NCBI GenBank assembly: GCA_964410055.1
Contig: CAYPGK010000003.1
Coordinates: 2,557 to 66,556 of the forward strand
Length of the DNA stretch: 64,000 nucleotides
Direction: 5' to 3'
Source: an uncultured Gemmatimonadaceae bacterium
GTDB taxonomy: Bacteria; Gemmatimonadota; Gemmatimonadetes; Longimicrobiales; RSA9
The translations under genes were made by a program, and so were the position numbers. The notes under the pieces were generated by a model that was given only the letters and a program-made list of their open reading frames with translations, searched no databases and was not told the origin of the DNA. Of the stretch, positions 1-8,909 are shown piece after piece. Each line of letters starts with the position of its first letter. The first letter of the stretch is position 1.

Positions 1-304
1 CGCCTGCCTGTGCGCCGAGGTGCCATGCCGGGCGTGCTTCGGCCCGGTCGCTACGGGCGCCCAGGGGCGCGTACGGCATCGTACGCGGTCGGAGTGGCAG
101 TGACATGTCGTTCATCCACGGGCGAACTGGAACTCCGGGGCGCCGAGCGCAGGGGCAATATTCATGCCCGGGTCGGTACGGCGCAATGGAGTCCTCCAAC
201 TCCGGACCACGATACGACTTGCGGCCGATGGCGACGCTGCCGGGCGCCCGCTGCGGTGTGGGGCCGGCGTCCCGGCGTCGCCACCCGTTGGGGCGCGTGC
301 GCCC

Positions 305-517
305 TCACTCGCCGCCGAGGATCTCGCCCACCCGCATCATCCCGCGCCCACGCTCGATCAGTACGCGGGCCAGCCGGTCCAGCACCTCGTTCGGAACGCG
401 GTCTGGGTCACGACGGTGGGCACGCAGCTCGGATTCCGAGATGCCGAGGGCGAGGGCGAGCTCGCGCTCGGTGCCGAGGAAGAGGTCCGTCGCGCGCTTG
501 AAGTCCAATCCGGCCAT
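305..517 (-). CDS. small hypothetical protein (70 aa), possible helix-turn-helix fold
   Basis: Internal ATG at 517 of ORF 305..640, preceded by GGAGAG (revcomp of ctctcc 521-526). The product MAGLDFKRATDLFLGTERELALALGISESELR... has an HTH-like segment. Function is not recognisable. Confidence 0.4.
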   Translation of the reverse strand: MAGLDFKRATDLFLGTERELALALGISESELRAHRRDPDRVPNEVLDRLARVLIERGRGMMRVGEILGGE

Positions 518-525
518 GTTCTCTC

Positions 526-978
526 CTATCGTGAGATCCTGCGGTGCTCGACCATGAGGCAGCGGTCCTGGACGACTGCGATCCCCGCGCGAGCCAGCGT
601 CTCCGCCGCCTCGTCGTTGCGGATCCCGGATTGGAACCACACCGCGCGGGGCTTCTTTTCGAGGAGGTCCGGCAGGTGCGGCGGGATGTCGCCCGGGCGG
701 CGGAACACGTCGACGACGTCGATCGGCCCCGGGATGTCCGACACCCTGCGGAAGACGCGCTCGCCCAGGATCTCCTCGACCTCCGGGTAGTAGACGGGGA
801 CCGGCACCACCTCGAGCCCCGCGCGCTTCAGGTACGCCGGCACGTAGTGCGCCGGTTGGTGCGAATGGGATTCCGGCTTGATTCCCAGCACCGCGACGCG
901 GCGCACATCGCGCAGCAGCGCGGCGATCGCGTCGTCGTCCTCGATGAGGTTCCGTCTCCAGTCTTCGTTCACCGCCAT
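526..978 (-). CDS. CoA-binding domain protein (YccU/YneT-like)
   Basis: 150-aa ORF. RVAVLGIKPESHSHQPAHYVPAYLKRAGLEVVPV...DVVDVFRRP matches the CoA_binding_2 Rossmann pattern. Confidence 0.75.
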   Translation of the reverse strand: MAVNEDWRRNLIEDDDAIAALLRDVRRVAVLGIKPESHSHQPAHYVPAYLKRAGLEVVPVPVYYPEVEEILGERVFRRVSDIPGPIDVVDVFRRPGDIPPHLPDLLEKKPRAVWFQSGIRNDEAAETLARAGIAVVQDRCLMVEHRRISR

Positions 979-1025
979 GGCCGCCCCCGGTTGACCCTCC
1001 TTCCGGCTTCCGTTAGCTTCAAGAT

Positions 1026-1125
1026 GCGCCCCAGGCCCGAAGGACGCGAGCCCGTGAACCGCGTCAGGACCCCGCAGGTAGCAGCGCTAAGCGCGGCGGA
1101 CGTCGCTTCGGTCGGCCTGGGGCGT
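1026..1125 (+). ncRNA. ffs: signal recognition particle RNA (small 4.5S type)
   Basis: The termini pair perfectly over 11 nt (1027-1037 CGCCCCAGGCC with 1114-1124 GGCCTGGGGCG). Domain IV strands GUCAGG (1063-1068) and AGCAGC (1080-1085) are present, and a T7 run follows at 1125-1131. The location directly upstream of dnaX-ybaB-recR is the expected one. Confidence 0.8.
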
Positions 1126-1434
1126 TTTTTTGTGCCCTGCCTCCGATGCCCCGCCCCCAGAACCGCCCGCGCAACGCCGGGTATCACCCCCACAATACCC
1201 GCATCGATGTCTACGGATGTCCCGGCGGCCGTGCCGGCTGCGATGCCGGCGGCCACGGCCACGCCGCCGCCCGCGGGTTGCCCCGCGCGCACCCCGGCGG
1301 TATGCTGGCATCCGCCCCGCGCTCTCGTGCGCGCGGGCGATTCCGTGGACCCGGGAAGTGCGAGCCCCGCACGACCCGTGCGTCGCGGACGTTGAAGGAT
1401 CGAACCCCCGACGAGAAGAGCGCTCGACCAGCCC

Positions 1435-3369
1435 ATGACCCGTACCGCACTCGCCCGTCGCTACCGTCCGCGCGGCTTCCGTGAGATCGCGCTCCAGGAC
1501 CACGTCTCGGAGACGCTCAAGACGGCCGTCGCGCGCGGGCGCGCCGCGCACGCGTACCTCTTCACCGGCCCCCGCGGGGTCGGGAAGACGACGGCCGCGC
1601 GCGTGCTCGCGATGGCGCTGAACTGCCCGGACCGCGCGCCGGACGGCGAGCCGTGCGGCGTCTGCGAGAGCTGCGAGCGGATCTGGTCCGGACGCACGTC
1701 GCTCGACGTCGTCGAGATCGACGCCGCCTCGAACCGCGGCGTCGACGACGCGCGCAACCTGCGCGAGCGCGCGATGTACGCGCCGACCGAGGAGGACCGC
1801 TACAAGGTCTACATCATCGACGAGGCGCACATGCTCACCCGCGAGGCGTGGAACGCGCTCCTCAAGATCCTCGAGGAGCCGCCGCCGCGGGTGGTCTTCG
1901 TCTTCGCGACGACGGAGCCGCAGCGCATCCAGCAGGCCGCGCCGCCGATCCTCTCGCGCTGCCAGCGCTTCGATTTCCGTCGGATGAGCGTCGGCGGGAT
2001 CGTGGAGCGCCTTCGCCAGGTCCTCGAGGCCGAGGGGATCGAGGTCGCCGACGACGCGCTCGTCCCGATCGCGCGCCGCGCCGAGGGCGGGATGCGCGAC
2101 GCGCTCTCCCTCCTCGACCAGGTCCTCGCCTTCGCCGCCGACCGCGCCGTCACCGCCGACGACGTGCGCCAGGTCCTCGGCCTCGTGGGCGAGGAGCTGT
2201 ATCTGGAGCTGTTCGGCATCATCGCCGACCGCCGCCACGGCGACGTCTTCCGCTTCGTCCAGCGCCTCCTCGACGAGGGCTACGACCTCGCCGAGTTCTA
2301 CCGCGGCCTCGCCGACGCGCTGCGCACGCTCATGGTCGTGAAGTTCGACGGCCCCGACGCCATCGAGGTGCGTGAGGATCTGCGCGACGCCTACGCCGCC
2401 GCCGCCGCCCTCTTCTCGACCGGCGACCTGGTCCGCATGCTCGCCCAGGTCGCCGAGCTCGACACCGACGGCCGCTTCCGCAAGAGCGCGAACCCGAGGA
2501 TCCTGCTCGAAGCCGTCCTCCTCCGCTTCGCCCACCTCGACCGCACCGTCGAGCTGGAGGACCTCGTGCGCGCCGCCACCGGCGGCGCCCCCGCGATGGC
2601 GGGCAGGGAAGGGGACGGAGTAGGGGGTGGGAGCACGCGCGTGGACGCAACCACCGCCCACGGCACGAGCGCCCCACACGCCACCGGCGCCGCCACCGGC
2701 CGCGCCGCCTGGGATCAGGCCAAAGCCGCCCTCGCCCAGGCGCTCGGCAAGAAAACCACCCCGCCGCCGGCGCCCAGCGTCGCGGCCCCCTCCGCGGCGC
2801 CTAGCGCCGCCCCGTCCGCGGCCCCCGCTCCCATCGAGCCGGCGCCCGCCCACGGTCCCGCTGACCCCACGGGCCCGCTCGCGGCCGCCACGGCCGCCCC
2901 CGCGCAAAGCGCCGAGCCCGCGGCCGACAGCGCCGCCGCAGCCGCAGCCCCAAGCGCTGCTGCCGTGGCGCTCGACCCTGCCGCTCTGACCGCAACGGCG
3001 GCCCTCGACGCCATGCTGGCCGACAACGACGGAATCCCCCGCGGCCTCGGCCTCTTCCTCAAGGCGGCCACGATCGCCGAGGAAACGCCGGACCGTGTGG
3101 TCCTCGAATTGCCCCCCGGCCCCGGCCTCGAGCGGCTGACGACGGAGCACGCCGCCAGGCAGCAGCTCGAGAGCGCGCTGGCCCGGCGGCTCGGCCGGAC
3201 GGTCGCGCTGGAGGTGCGCGCGCAGGGCCGGGCGGGGGAGCGGGCCGCCGCGCCGCCGCGTCGCCTGACGCCCGAGCAGGTCAAGGCCGACCGGCTCCGT
3301 CGCCTCCTGCAGGAGGAACCCCTCCTGGGGAGGGCGGTACAAGAATGGGATCTGGAGCTCGAGGAATGA
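1435..3369 (+). CDS. dnaX: DNA polymerase III subunit gamma/tau
   Basis: YRPRGFREI, Walker A GPRGVGKTT, zinc module CGVCESC, Walker B IIDEAHML and SRC motif LSRCQRF are present. A long Ala/Pro-rich linker is followed by a C-terminal tau domain. Confidence 0.95.
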   Translation: MTRTALARRYRPRGFREIALQDHVSETLKTAVARGRAAHAYLFTGPRGVGKTTAARVLAMALNCPDRAPDGEPCGVCESCERIWSGRTSLDVVEIDAASNRGVDDARNLRERAMYAPTEEDRYKVYIIDEAHMLTREAWNALLKILEEPPPRVVFVFATTEPQRIQQAAPPILSRCQRFDFRRMSVGGIVERLRQVLEAEGIEVADDALVPIARRAEGGMRDALSLLDQVLAFAADRAVTADDVRQVLGLVGEELYLELFGIIADRRHGDVFRFVQRLLDEGYDLAEFYRGLADALRTLMVVKFDGPDAIEVREDLRDAYAAAAALFSTGDLVRMLAQVAELDTDGRFRKSANPRILLEAVLLRFAHLDRTVELEDLVRAATGGAPAMAGREGDGVGGGSTRVDATTAHGTSAPHATGAATGRAAWDQAKAALAQALGKKTTPPPAPSVAAPSAAPSAAPSAAPAPIEPAPAHGPADPTGPLAAATAAPAQSAEPAADSAAAAAAPSAAAVALDPAALTATAALDAMLADNDGIPRGLGLFLKAATIAEETPDRVVLELPPGPGLERLTTEHAARQQLESALARRLGRTVALEVRAQGRAGERAAAPPRRLTPEQVKADRLRRLLQEEPLLGRAVQEWDLELEE

Positions 3370-3550
3370 TTCGGGGAATTTTGCCCCCTGATCGGTTGAC
3401 GGGCGGGGACGGGCACGCGCCCGGGCGAATCGGAACGATGCCCGGCGCCGGGCCTGGATCCGGCCCCGACCCTCGCGCCCCCGGCGCGCCTTGCGGAGCC
3501 CTCCGCACGGCGCCTATCTTTTGGAATTCTCCGTACACGGGTTCGCGATC

Positions 3551-3874
3551 ATGACGAACTTTCAGCAGCTCCTTCAGATGGGCCAGCAGGTGCAGGCCCA
3601 GATGCACAAGCTCCAGACGGAGCTCGGCAACAAGACGGTCACCGTCTCGAGCGGCGGCGGAATGGTCACCGTGACCGCCGACGGGCGCGGCCGGATCCGT
3701 GAGGTCCGGATCGACCCCACCGTCGTCGACCCGCAGGACGTCGAGATGCTCGAGGACCTGGTGCTCGCGGCGGTGTCGGAGGCGCAGCAGCGTGCGCAGG
3801 GGCTGTACGAGGAGGAGCTGAAGAAGCTGACCGGCGGATTCCAGCTTCCGTTCAACCTGCCGAACTTCCCCTGA
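3551..3874 (+). CDS. ybaB: nucleoid-associated protein YbaB/EbfC
   Basis: Internal ATG at 3551 of ORF 3491..3874. MTNFQQLLQMGQQVQAQMHKLQ...GGGMVTVTADGRGRIREVRIDP is the YbaB family pattern. It sits between dnaX and recR. Confidence 0.9.
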   Translation: MTNFQQLLQMGQQVQAQMHKLQTELGNKTVTVSSGGGMVTVTADGRGRIREVRIDPTVVDPQDVEMLEDLVLAAVSEAQQRAQGLYEEELKKLTGGFQLPFNLPNFP

Positions 3875-4464
3875 TGGCGGTCATCGACGATCTCGCGGAG
3901 GAGTTCGCCCGACTGCCCGGGATCGGCCGAAAGACCGCGCTTCGGCTCACGTACCACCTGCTCAAGCGGCCGCCGGACGAGGTCCGGCGCCTGGCGCGCG
4001 CCCTGGAGGGCGTGGTCGAGCGGGTGCGTTCGTGTTCGCGGTGCGGCAACCTGACGGAGGCGGATCCGTGCGCGATCTGCCAGAACCCGCGGCGTGATGC
4101 GACGCTCGTCTGCGTGGTCGAGGAGGCGTCGGACATCCCGGCCATCGAGAAGACGGGCGAGTACCGCGGGCTCTACCACGTGCTGGGCGGCCGGCTCTCG
4201 CCCCTCGAGGGGGTGGGGCCGGGCGAGCTGAACATCCAGTCGCTCCTCGCGCGCATCGGGGAGGGCTCGGAAGTGCGGGAAGTCATCCTGGCCACGAACC
4301 CGAGCGTGGAGGGCGAGGCGACGGCGCTCTACCTCCAGAAGCTGATCCGACCGCTCGGCGTGCGGGTCACGCGCCTTGCGCGTGGGCTCCCCGTCGGCGG
4401 CGACCTGGAATACGCGGATGGCGTCACCATTGCCGAGGCCCTGGCGGGCCGGCGAGAACTCTAG
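3874..4464 (+). CDS. recR: recombination protein RecR
   Basis: HhH LPGIGRKTALRL, Cys4 zinc finger CSRCGNLTEADPCAIC and a Toprim region are present. The start overlaps the ybaB stop by 1 nt. Confidence 0.95.
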   Translation: MAVIDDLAEEFARLPGIGRKTALRLTYHLLKRPPDEVRRLARALEGVVERVRSCSRCGNLTEADPCAICQNPRRDATLVCVVEEASDIPAIEKTGEYRGLYHVLGGRLSPLEGVGPGELNIQSLLARIGEGSEVREVILATNPSVEGEATALYLQKLIRPLGVRVTRLARGLPVGGDLEYADGVTIAEALAGRREL

Positions 4465-4476
4465 GCGGTTCCGGAC

Positions 4477-4824
4477 ATGAAGCAGAAGCGGATCCTGAGG
4501 CGGAAGAAGGAGCGGCGCGCGCTCCGGACGGTCGGGCTCGTGACGCTGATCATCGGTGCAGTCGCCGCGCTGGGCGCGCTCCTGGTGCGCGACCAGATCT
4601 CGCGCCACCGTCGCGACCTCTTCAGCCCGCACCCGCTCCGGCGCCTGGCCGCGCTCGGCTTCCTGGCCGGGCTCGATCCGAGCGTCGATGCGGCGCGCCT
4701 GCTCCACGACTACGTGGCGTGGGAGCCGCGCCCGCTGCTTCGCCGCCGGGCCGAGCAGATCCTGGCGCGCATGGAGCGCCGGATGGCCGAGTCCGCAACT
4801 CACGCAGGCGGAGTGGCAGGATGA
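4477..4824 (+). CDS. small single-pass membrane protein with HEAT-like C-terminal repeat (hypothetical)
   Basis: Basic N-terminus MKQKRILRRKKERR, one TM segment (VGLVTLIIGAVAALGALLV), then LRRLAALGFLAGLDPSVDAARLL...RRRAEQIL, which resembles a HEAT/armadillo helix pair. Its stop overlaps the mglB start (ATGA at 4821-4824). Confidence 0.5.
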   Translation: MKQKRILRRKKERRALRTVGLVTLIIGAVAALGALLVRDQISRHRRDLFSPHPLRRLAALGFLAGLDPSVDAARLLHDYVAWEPRPLLRRRAEQILARMERRMAESATHAGGVAG

Positions 4825-5312
4825 GTTACGAGAAGCCGCGTTCGCTCGGGCGCGAGGATCTCGAGCGCCTGGATTCGCTCCTCCTCGGGTTCGTCGAGGC
4901 CGCGGGCGCCCGCTGCGCCGTACTCATGGACCGGACCGGGCGGCTGCTCACGATGGCCGGCCAGACCGACGGGATCGACGGCGTCGCCTTCGCGTCGCTG
5001 GCCGCAGCGGATTTCGCCGCCAGCGACCAGCTCGCGCGGCTCATGGGCGAGGAGGAGTGTTCGTCGCTGGTGCACCAGGGGGATACGCGTTCGATGTTCC
5101 TGACCGACGTGGACGGCGATGCGGTCCTGGCCGCCGTCTTCGACACCGACACGACGCTCGGGCTGGTCCGGCTCAAGGCGCGGGAGGTGACGCCGGAGCT
5201 GGCCGCGCTCTTCGCGGATGCGGCGCGCCGCGCGCCCGAGCCGGGCGAGTCGCTGGCCGCCGACTGGGCGTCCGCGGCCGCGAGCGAGATCGACCGCCTC
5301 TTCAGCGAGTAG
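4821..5312 (+). CDS. mglB: Roadblock/LC7 GTPase-activating protein MglB
   Basis: Internal ATG at 4821. The Roadblock core ([17 protein letters not shown]...LGLVRLK) and the C-terminal SEIDRLFSE tail closely resemble Myxococcus MglB (..DIDNLFSE). It lies immediately upstream of mglA. Confidence 0.88.
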   Translation: MSYEKPRSLGREDLERLDSLLLGFVEAAGARCAVLMDRTGRLLTMAGQTDGIDGVAFASLAAADFAASDQLARLMGEEECSSLVHQGDTRSMFLTDVDGDAVLAAVFDTDTTLGLVRLKAREVTPELAALFADAARRAPEPGESLAADWASAAASEIDRLFSE

Positions 5313-5322
5313 GGGGCGGCCG

Positions 5323-5901
5323 ATGTCGATGATCAACTACGCGAGCCGGGAGATCAACTGCAAGATCGTCTACTACGGCCCCGGCCTCTGCGGCAAGACG
5401 ACGAACCTCGAGTACATCTACGGACGGGTCAATCCGGAGACCCGCGGCAAGCTCATCTCGCTGGCGACGGAGGCGGAGCGTACGCTCTTCTTCGACTTCC
5501 TGCCGGTCGATCTGGGCAGCATCCGCGGCTTCAAGACGAGGTTCCACCTGTACACGGTTCCCGGGCAGGTCTACTACAACGCGAGCAGGCGGCTGATCCT
5601 GAAGGGCGTCGACGGCGTCGTCTTCGTCGCCGACTCGAAGATGGACCGGATGGATGCCAACATCGCGTCGCTCCAGAACCTGTACGAGAACCTACAGGAG
5701 TATGGATACGACCCGGCGAAGTTGCCGCAGGTGATCCAGTACAACAAGCGCGACCTGCCGGATGCGGTGCCGGTCGAGGAGCTGCGCGCGCAGCTCAACC
5801 CCGGCGGCGTCCCTGACTTCGAAGCGGTGGCGACGGAGGGGACCGGGGTCTTCGACACGCTCAAGGCGGTGAGCAAACTCGTCATCCAGTCTTTGAGCTG
5901 A
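5323..5901 (+). CDS. mglA: Ras-like polarity/motility GTPase MglA
   Basis: [33 protein letters not shown]...[36 protein letters not shown]...QYNKRDL is near-collinear with M. xanthus MglA, including the P-loop, PGQ and NKRD motifs. Confidence 0.93.
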   Translation: MSMINYASREINCKIVYYGPGLCGKTTNLEYIYGRVNPETRGKLISLATEAERTLFFDFLPVDLGSIRGFKTRFHLYTVPGQVYYNASRRLILKGVDGVVFVADSKMDRMDANIASLQNLYENLQEYGYDPAKLPQVIQYNKRDLPDAVPVEELRAQLNPGGVPDFEAVATEGTGVFDTLKAVSKLVIQSLS

Positions 5902-5906
5902 GCCTC

Positions 5907-6554
5907 ATGTCGCTGCTCAGTCGCAGCACGATCCCCAACGTGATCACCGTCGGGCGCGTCATCCTCGCGCCCGTCGTCGCGTTCCTGGTCTTCGTTCCGA
6001 GCTTCGGCGCGCGATTGCTCGCGTTCATCCTCTTCGTCGTCGCCGCGGTCTCGGACCTCTGGGACGGCTATCTGGCGCGCAAGCACGGCTGGATCAGCGA
6101 TTTCGGCAAGCTGATGGACCCGCTCGCCGACAAGCTGCTCCTGGTCGCCACGTTCGTCCCCTTCTACATCCTCTCGCACCGCGCCGGGCCCGTCGGCTCG
6201 CTCCCCTACTGGGGCGACCTGCCGCTCTGGGTCCTCCTCGTCGTCTTCGGGCGCGAGCTCCTGATCACGATCATGCGGATGGTCGCCGCGCGGCGCGGCG
6301 CCGTCGTCCCGGCCGGGAAGATGGGGAAGTGGAAGGCGCTCTCGCAGAACATCGCCAGCGGCGCGATCCTCCTCTGGTACGCGCTCCAGACCGAGGCGCA
6401 CGCCGAGGGATGGGCCGGTCCCTTCTGGGATTTCTGGCAAGTCTTCCACGGCGTCGTCCTCGCGCTCGTGCTCCTCGTCTCCGTCGCGCTCACGGTCCTC
6501 TCCCTCGTCGTCTACCTCTGGAACTGGCGCGCGATGGTGAGGGAGGCCGCGTGA
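5907..6554 (+). CDS. pgsA: CDP-diacylglycerol--glycerol-3-phosphate 3-phosphatidyltransferase
   Basis: CDP-alcohol phosphatidyltransferase motif SDLWDGYLARKHGWISDFGKLMDPLADK in a polytopic membrane protein. It shows pgsA-cinA synteny. Confidence 0.9.
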   Translation: MSLLSRSTIPNVITVGRVILAPVVAFLVFVPSFGARLLAFILFVVAAVSDLWDGYLARKHGWISDFGKLMDPLADKLLLVATFVPFYILSHRAGPVGSLPYWGDLPLWVLLVVFGRELLITIMRMVAARRGAVVPAGKMGKWKALSQNIASGAILLWYALQTEAHAEGWAGPFWDFWQVFHGVVLALVLLVSVALTVLSLVVYLWNWRAMVREAA

Positions 6555-7825
6555 GCGAGCGCGTGCCCGCCGTCGAGCTCCTCTCGATCGGCGACGAGCT
6601 GCTCCTCGGCGACATCGTCGACACCAACGCCCCCTGGCTCTCCAGGCGCCTCGGCGCCGTCGGGATCCGCATTGCCCGCCGCGAAACGGTCGGCGACGAC
6701 GAGGACGCCATCGTCCAGGCGGTCCGCGCCGCGCTCGATCGGACCGGCGCCGTCATCTGCACCGGCGGGCTCGGCCCGACCGAGGACGACCTGACGCGCC
6801 CTGCCGTCGCACGCGTCTTCGGGCGCGAGCTGCGCGTCGACGAGGAGATCCTTGCCCGTATCCGCGCCCGTTTCACCGAGCAGGGCCGCGAGATGCCCGA
6901 GCGCAACCGCGTGCAGGCCGAGCGCCCCGACGGCGCGATCGTCTTCCCGAACGACTGGGGCACCGCGCCCGGCTTCGCCCTCGAGGATGACGCCGGCCGC
7001 TTCGTCGTCGTCCTTCCCGGTGTGCCCCGTGAGATGGAACGGATCGTCGAGGCGCACGTGCTCCCGTTCCTGCGCCGGCGCTGGCCCGCGGGCGCGCGGC
7101 CGCTCCTGCACCGCGTCGTCCGAACGACTGGGATCGCCGAGTCCGTCCTCGCCGACCGGATTGCGGACGTAGCCGAAGCGGTCCGGCCCATCACCGTCGC
7201 CTATCTCCCGCGCCTGACGGGCGTCGACCTCCGGCTGACTTCCTGGGGCGCGATGGACGCGGCCGATGCCGTGCGTCGTCTGGACGAGGCCGAGGCCGCG
7301 CTCCGCGAGCGCGTCGGCGGCTACATCTACGGCACCGACGGCGACGACCTCGCCGCCGTCGTCGGCGATGCGCTCCGCCGCCGGGGCCTCACCCTCGGGC
7401 TCGCCGAGAGCTGCACGGGCGGCCTGATCGCCAAGCGGATCACGGACGTGGCCGGCTCGTCGGCGTACTTCCTGGGCGGGCTCGTGACGTATTCGAACGA
7501 GTCGAAGCAGGCGCTGCTCGGCGTGCGCGAATCGACGCTCGCGGCGCACGGCGCAGTCAGCGAGGAGACCGCGAGGGAGATGGCCGTGGGCGCGAGGCGC
7601 GCGCTCGGCGCCGACGTCGCCGTCTCCGTGACCGGGATCGCAGGGCCGGGCGGCGGATCGGCGGAGAAGCCCGTCGGGACCGTCTGGATCGGCATCGCCA
7701 TGGACGATGCGGTGGAAGCCCGCCGCTTCCGTTTCCTCGGCGAGAGAGACGAGGTGCGCGAGCGCGCCGCACAGGCCGCGCTCGCACTCCTCTGGCGACA
7801 CCTCGGGCAGGAGGAGCGCCCATGA
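6551..7825 (+). CDS. cinA: competence/damage-inducible protein CinA (MoCF-like domain + NMN amidohydrolase PncC domain)
   Basis: GTG at 6551 after GGGAGG, overlapping the pgsA stop (GTGA). N-terminal LLSIGDELLLGDIVDTNAPWLS...GGLGPTEDD; C-terminal LAESCTGGLIA...YSNESK (PncC). Confidence 0.9.
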   Translation: MSERVPAVELLSIGDELLLGDIVDTNAPWLSRRLGAVGIRIARRETVGDDEDAIVQAVRAALDRTGAVICTGGLGPTEDDLTRPAVARVFGRELRVDEEILARIRARFTEQGREMPERNRVQAERPDGAIVFPNDWGTAPGFALEDDAGRFVVVLPGVPREMERIVEAHVLPFLRRRWPAGARPLLHRVVRTTGIAESVLADRIADVAEAVRPITVAYLPRLTGVDLRLTSWGAMDAADAVRRLDEAEAALRERVGGYIYGTDGDDLAAVVGDALRRRGLTLGLAESCTGGLIAKRITDVAGSSAYFLGGLVTYSNESKQALLGVRESTLAAHGAVSEETAREMAVGARRALGADVAVSVTGIAGPGGGSAEKPVGTVWIGIAMDDAVEARRFRFLGERDEVRERAAQAALALLWRHLGQEERP

Positions 7826-8676
7826 CAGCGACCGCGACGCTGGAACGCAATCACGGCACGTTCGAAGGGATGCACCGCCTCCGCCTCCAGTACCGGAGCT
7901 GGGAGGTCCCCACGCCGAGGGCCGCCATCATCCTCGTCCACGGCCTCTCGGACCACAGCGGCCGCTACGACGGTTTCGCGGAGACGCTCGCGACGTTCGG
8001 CCTGTCGACCTTCGCCTTCGACCTCCGCGGCCACGGCCTCTCCGACGGGCGCCGCGGCTACGTGCCTCGTTTCGAGATCTATCTCCAGGAGCTCGACCGC
8101 TTCCGCCGGGAGGTGCAGGGGATCGTTTCCGCCGACTGCCCGCTGTTCCTGGCGGGCCACTCGATGGGCGGCCTCATCGCGCTCCGCTACCTGGAGGAGT
8201 TCGAGGCGCCGTTCCGCGGCGGGATCATCGTCTCGCCCTGGCTCGGAACCGCCGTGCCCGTCCCCCGCTGGAAAGTTCTCCTCGCCAACGTCTCGAACCG
8301 TCTGCTCCCGTCGCTCCCGGTCCCGACCGGGCTGCGGGCCGAGGACCTCTGTCACGACGCGGCCGTCGTCGATGCGTACCGCGAGGATCCCCTCGTCCAC
8401 GGCACGATCACGCCGCGGCTGTTCACCGAGGCGTCGTCGGCGATGGCGCTCGCGCACCGCCGCGCCGACCGCCTCCGCGTCCCGCTCCTCTTCCTCATCG
8501 CCGGCGACGACCGCATCGTCGACGCCTCGCGCGCGGTCCGCTTCGCTCGCGATCTCCCCGGCGACGTCGAAGTCCACACCTTCGACGGGCTCTTCCACGA
8601 GGTCCTCTTCGAGCCGGAGCGCGGGCCGGTGATCGAGACGCTCCGGCGCTGGATCGACGGCCGGTTGGACGGGTAG
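7822..8676 (+). CDS. alpha/beta hydrolase (lysophospholipase / monoacylglycerol lipase family)
   Basis: Oxyanion HG (LVHGLSDHSGRY), nucleophile elbow GHSMGG and a C-terminal ..GLFHEVL histidine. ATGA overlap with the cinA stop. Confidence 0.85.
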   Translation: MTATATLERNHGTFEGMHRLRLQYRSWEVPTPRAAIILVHGLSDHSGRYDGFAETLATFGLSTFAFDLRGHGLSDGRRGYVPRFEIYLQELDRFRREVQGIVSADCPLFLAGHSMGGLIALRYLEEFEAPFRGGIIVSPWLGTAVPVPRWKVLLANVSNRLLPSLPVPTGLRAEDLCHDAAVVDAYREDPLVHGTITPRLFTEASSAMALAHRRADRLRVPLLFLIAGDDRIVDASRAVRFARDLPGDVEVHTFDGLFHEVLFEPERGPVIETLRRWIDGRLDG

Positions 8677-8742
8677 GCGCGGACGCGGGAGCGGGCAGGC
8701 CGGTCGGCGGCCGGGTTCTCCTGTCGTTGTGGCAGGGTCGCC

Positions 8743-8757
8743 TGGCACCGCGATTGC
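8743..8757 (+). promoter_or_regulatory. candidate sigma-54 (-24/-12) promoter upstream of grpE-dnaJ
   Basis: TGGCAC-CGCGA-TTGC is a full match to the TGGCAC-N5-TTGC core, 153 nt upstream of the grpE ATG in a 233-bp intergenic region. This is a sequence match only. Confidence 0.3.
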
Positions 8758-8909
8758 GATCCGGCACGCGCGTGCGCATCGGACAGGAAGCAATCCAGAC
8801 CGTGACCGGGCGCCGGACCGGATGACGGCGCGCCCGGTCGCGGGCTTTGCGCACCTCGATCCCGCTTCGGGGTAGTACTCCGCGGTATTTCCACGAACCA
8901 CCGAGAGCG

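Noticed and set aside
1-501. Overlapping + strand ORFs at the window start (10..501, 105..557, 164..790), and a possible minus-strand edge ORF starting at 115 (MNDMSLPLRPRTMPYAPLG...).
   Set aside because: The + ORFs are Arg/Pro-rich, mutually overlapping and opposite the small HTH-like gene. The edge ORF is only 38 codons inside the window, with no motif or convincing RBS, so it cannot be supported.
1087-3342. Very long ORFs antisense to real genes, for example 1087..3342-, 8352..10994-, 38190..41291-, 58641..60851-, 60779..63082-, 15499..16770+ and 19251..21512+.
   Set aside because: Their products are monotonous Arg/Gly/Pro/Ala/Asp strings with no recognisable motifs. They lie exactly opposite genes with clear family signatures. 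Stop-codon-poor antisense frames are expected at about 70% G+C.
1435-3369. Programmed frameshift or transcriptional slippage site in dnaX (gamma versus tau).
   Set aside because: I found no A-rich slippery heptamer or long A-run in the gene; the longest is AAGAAAA near 2750. There is no evidence for a gamma product from the sequence alone.
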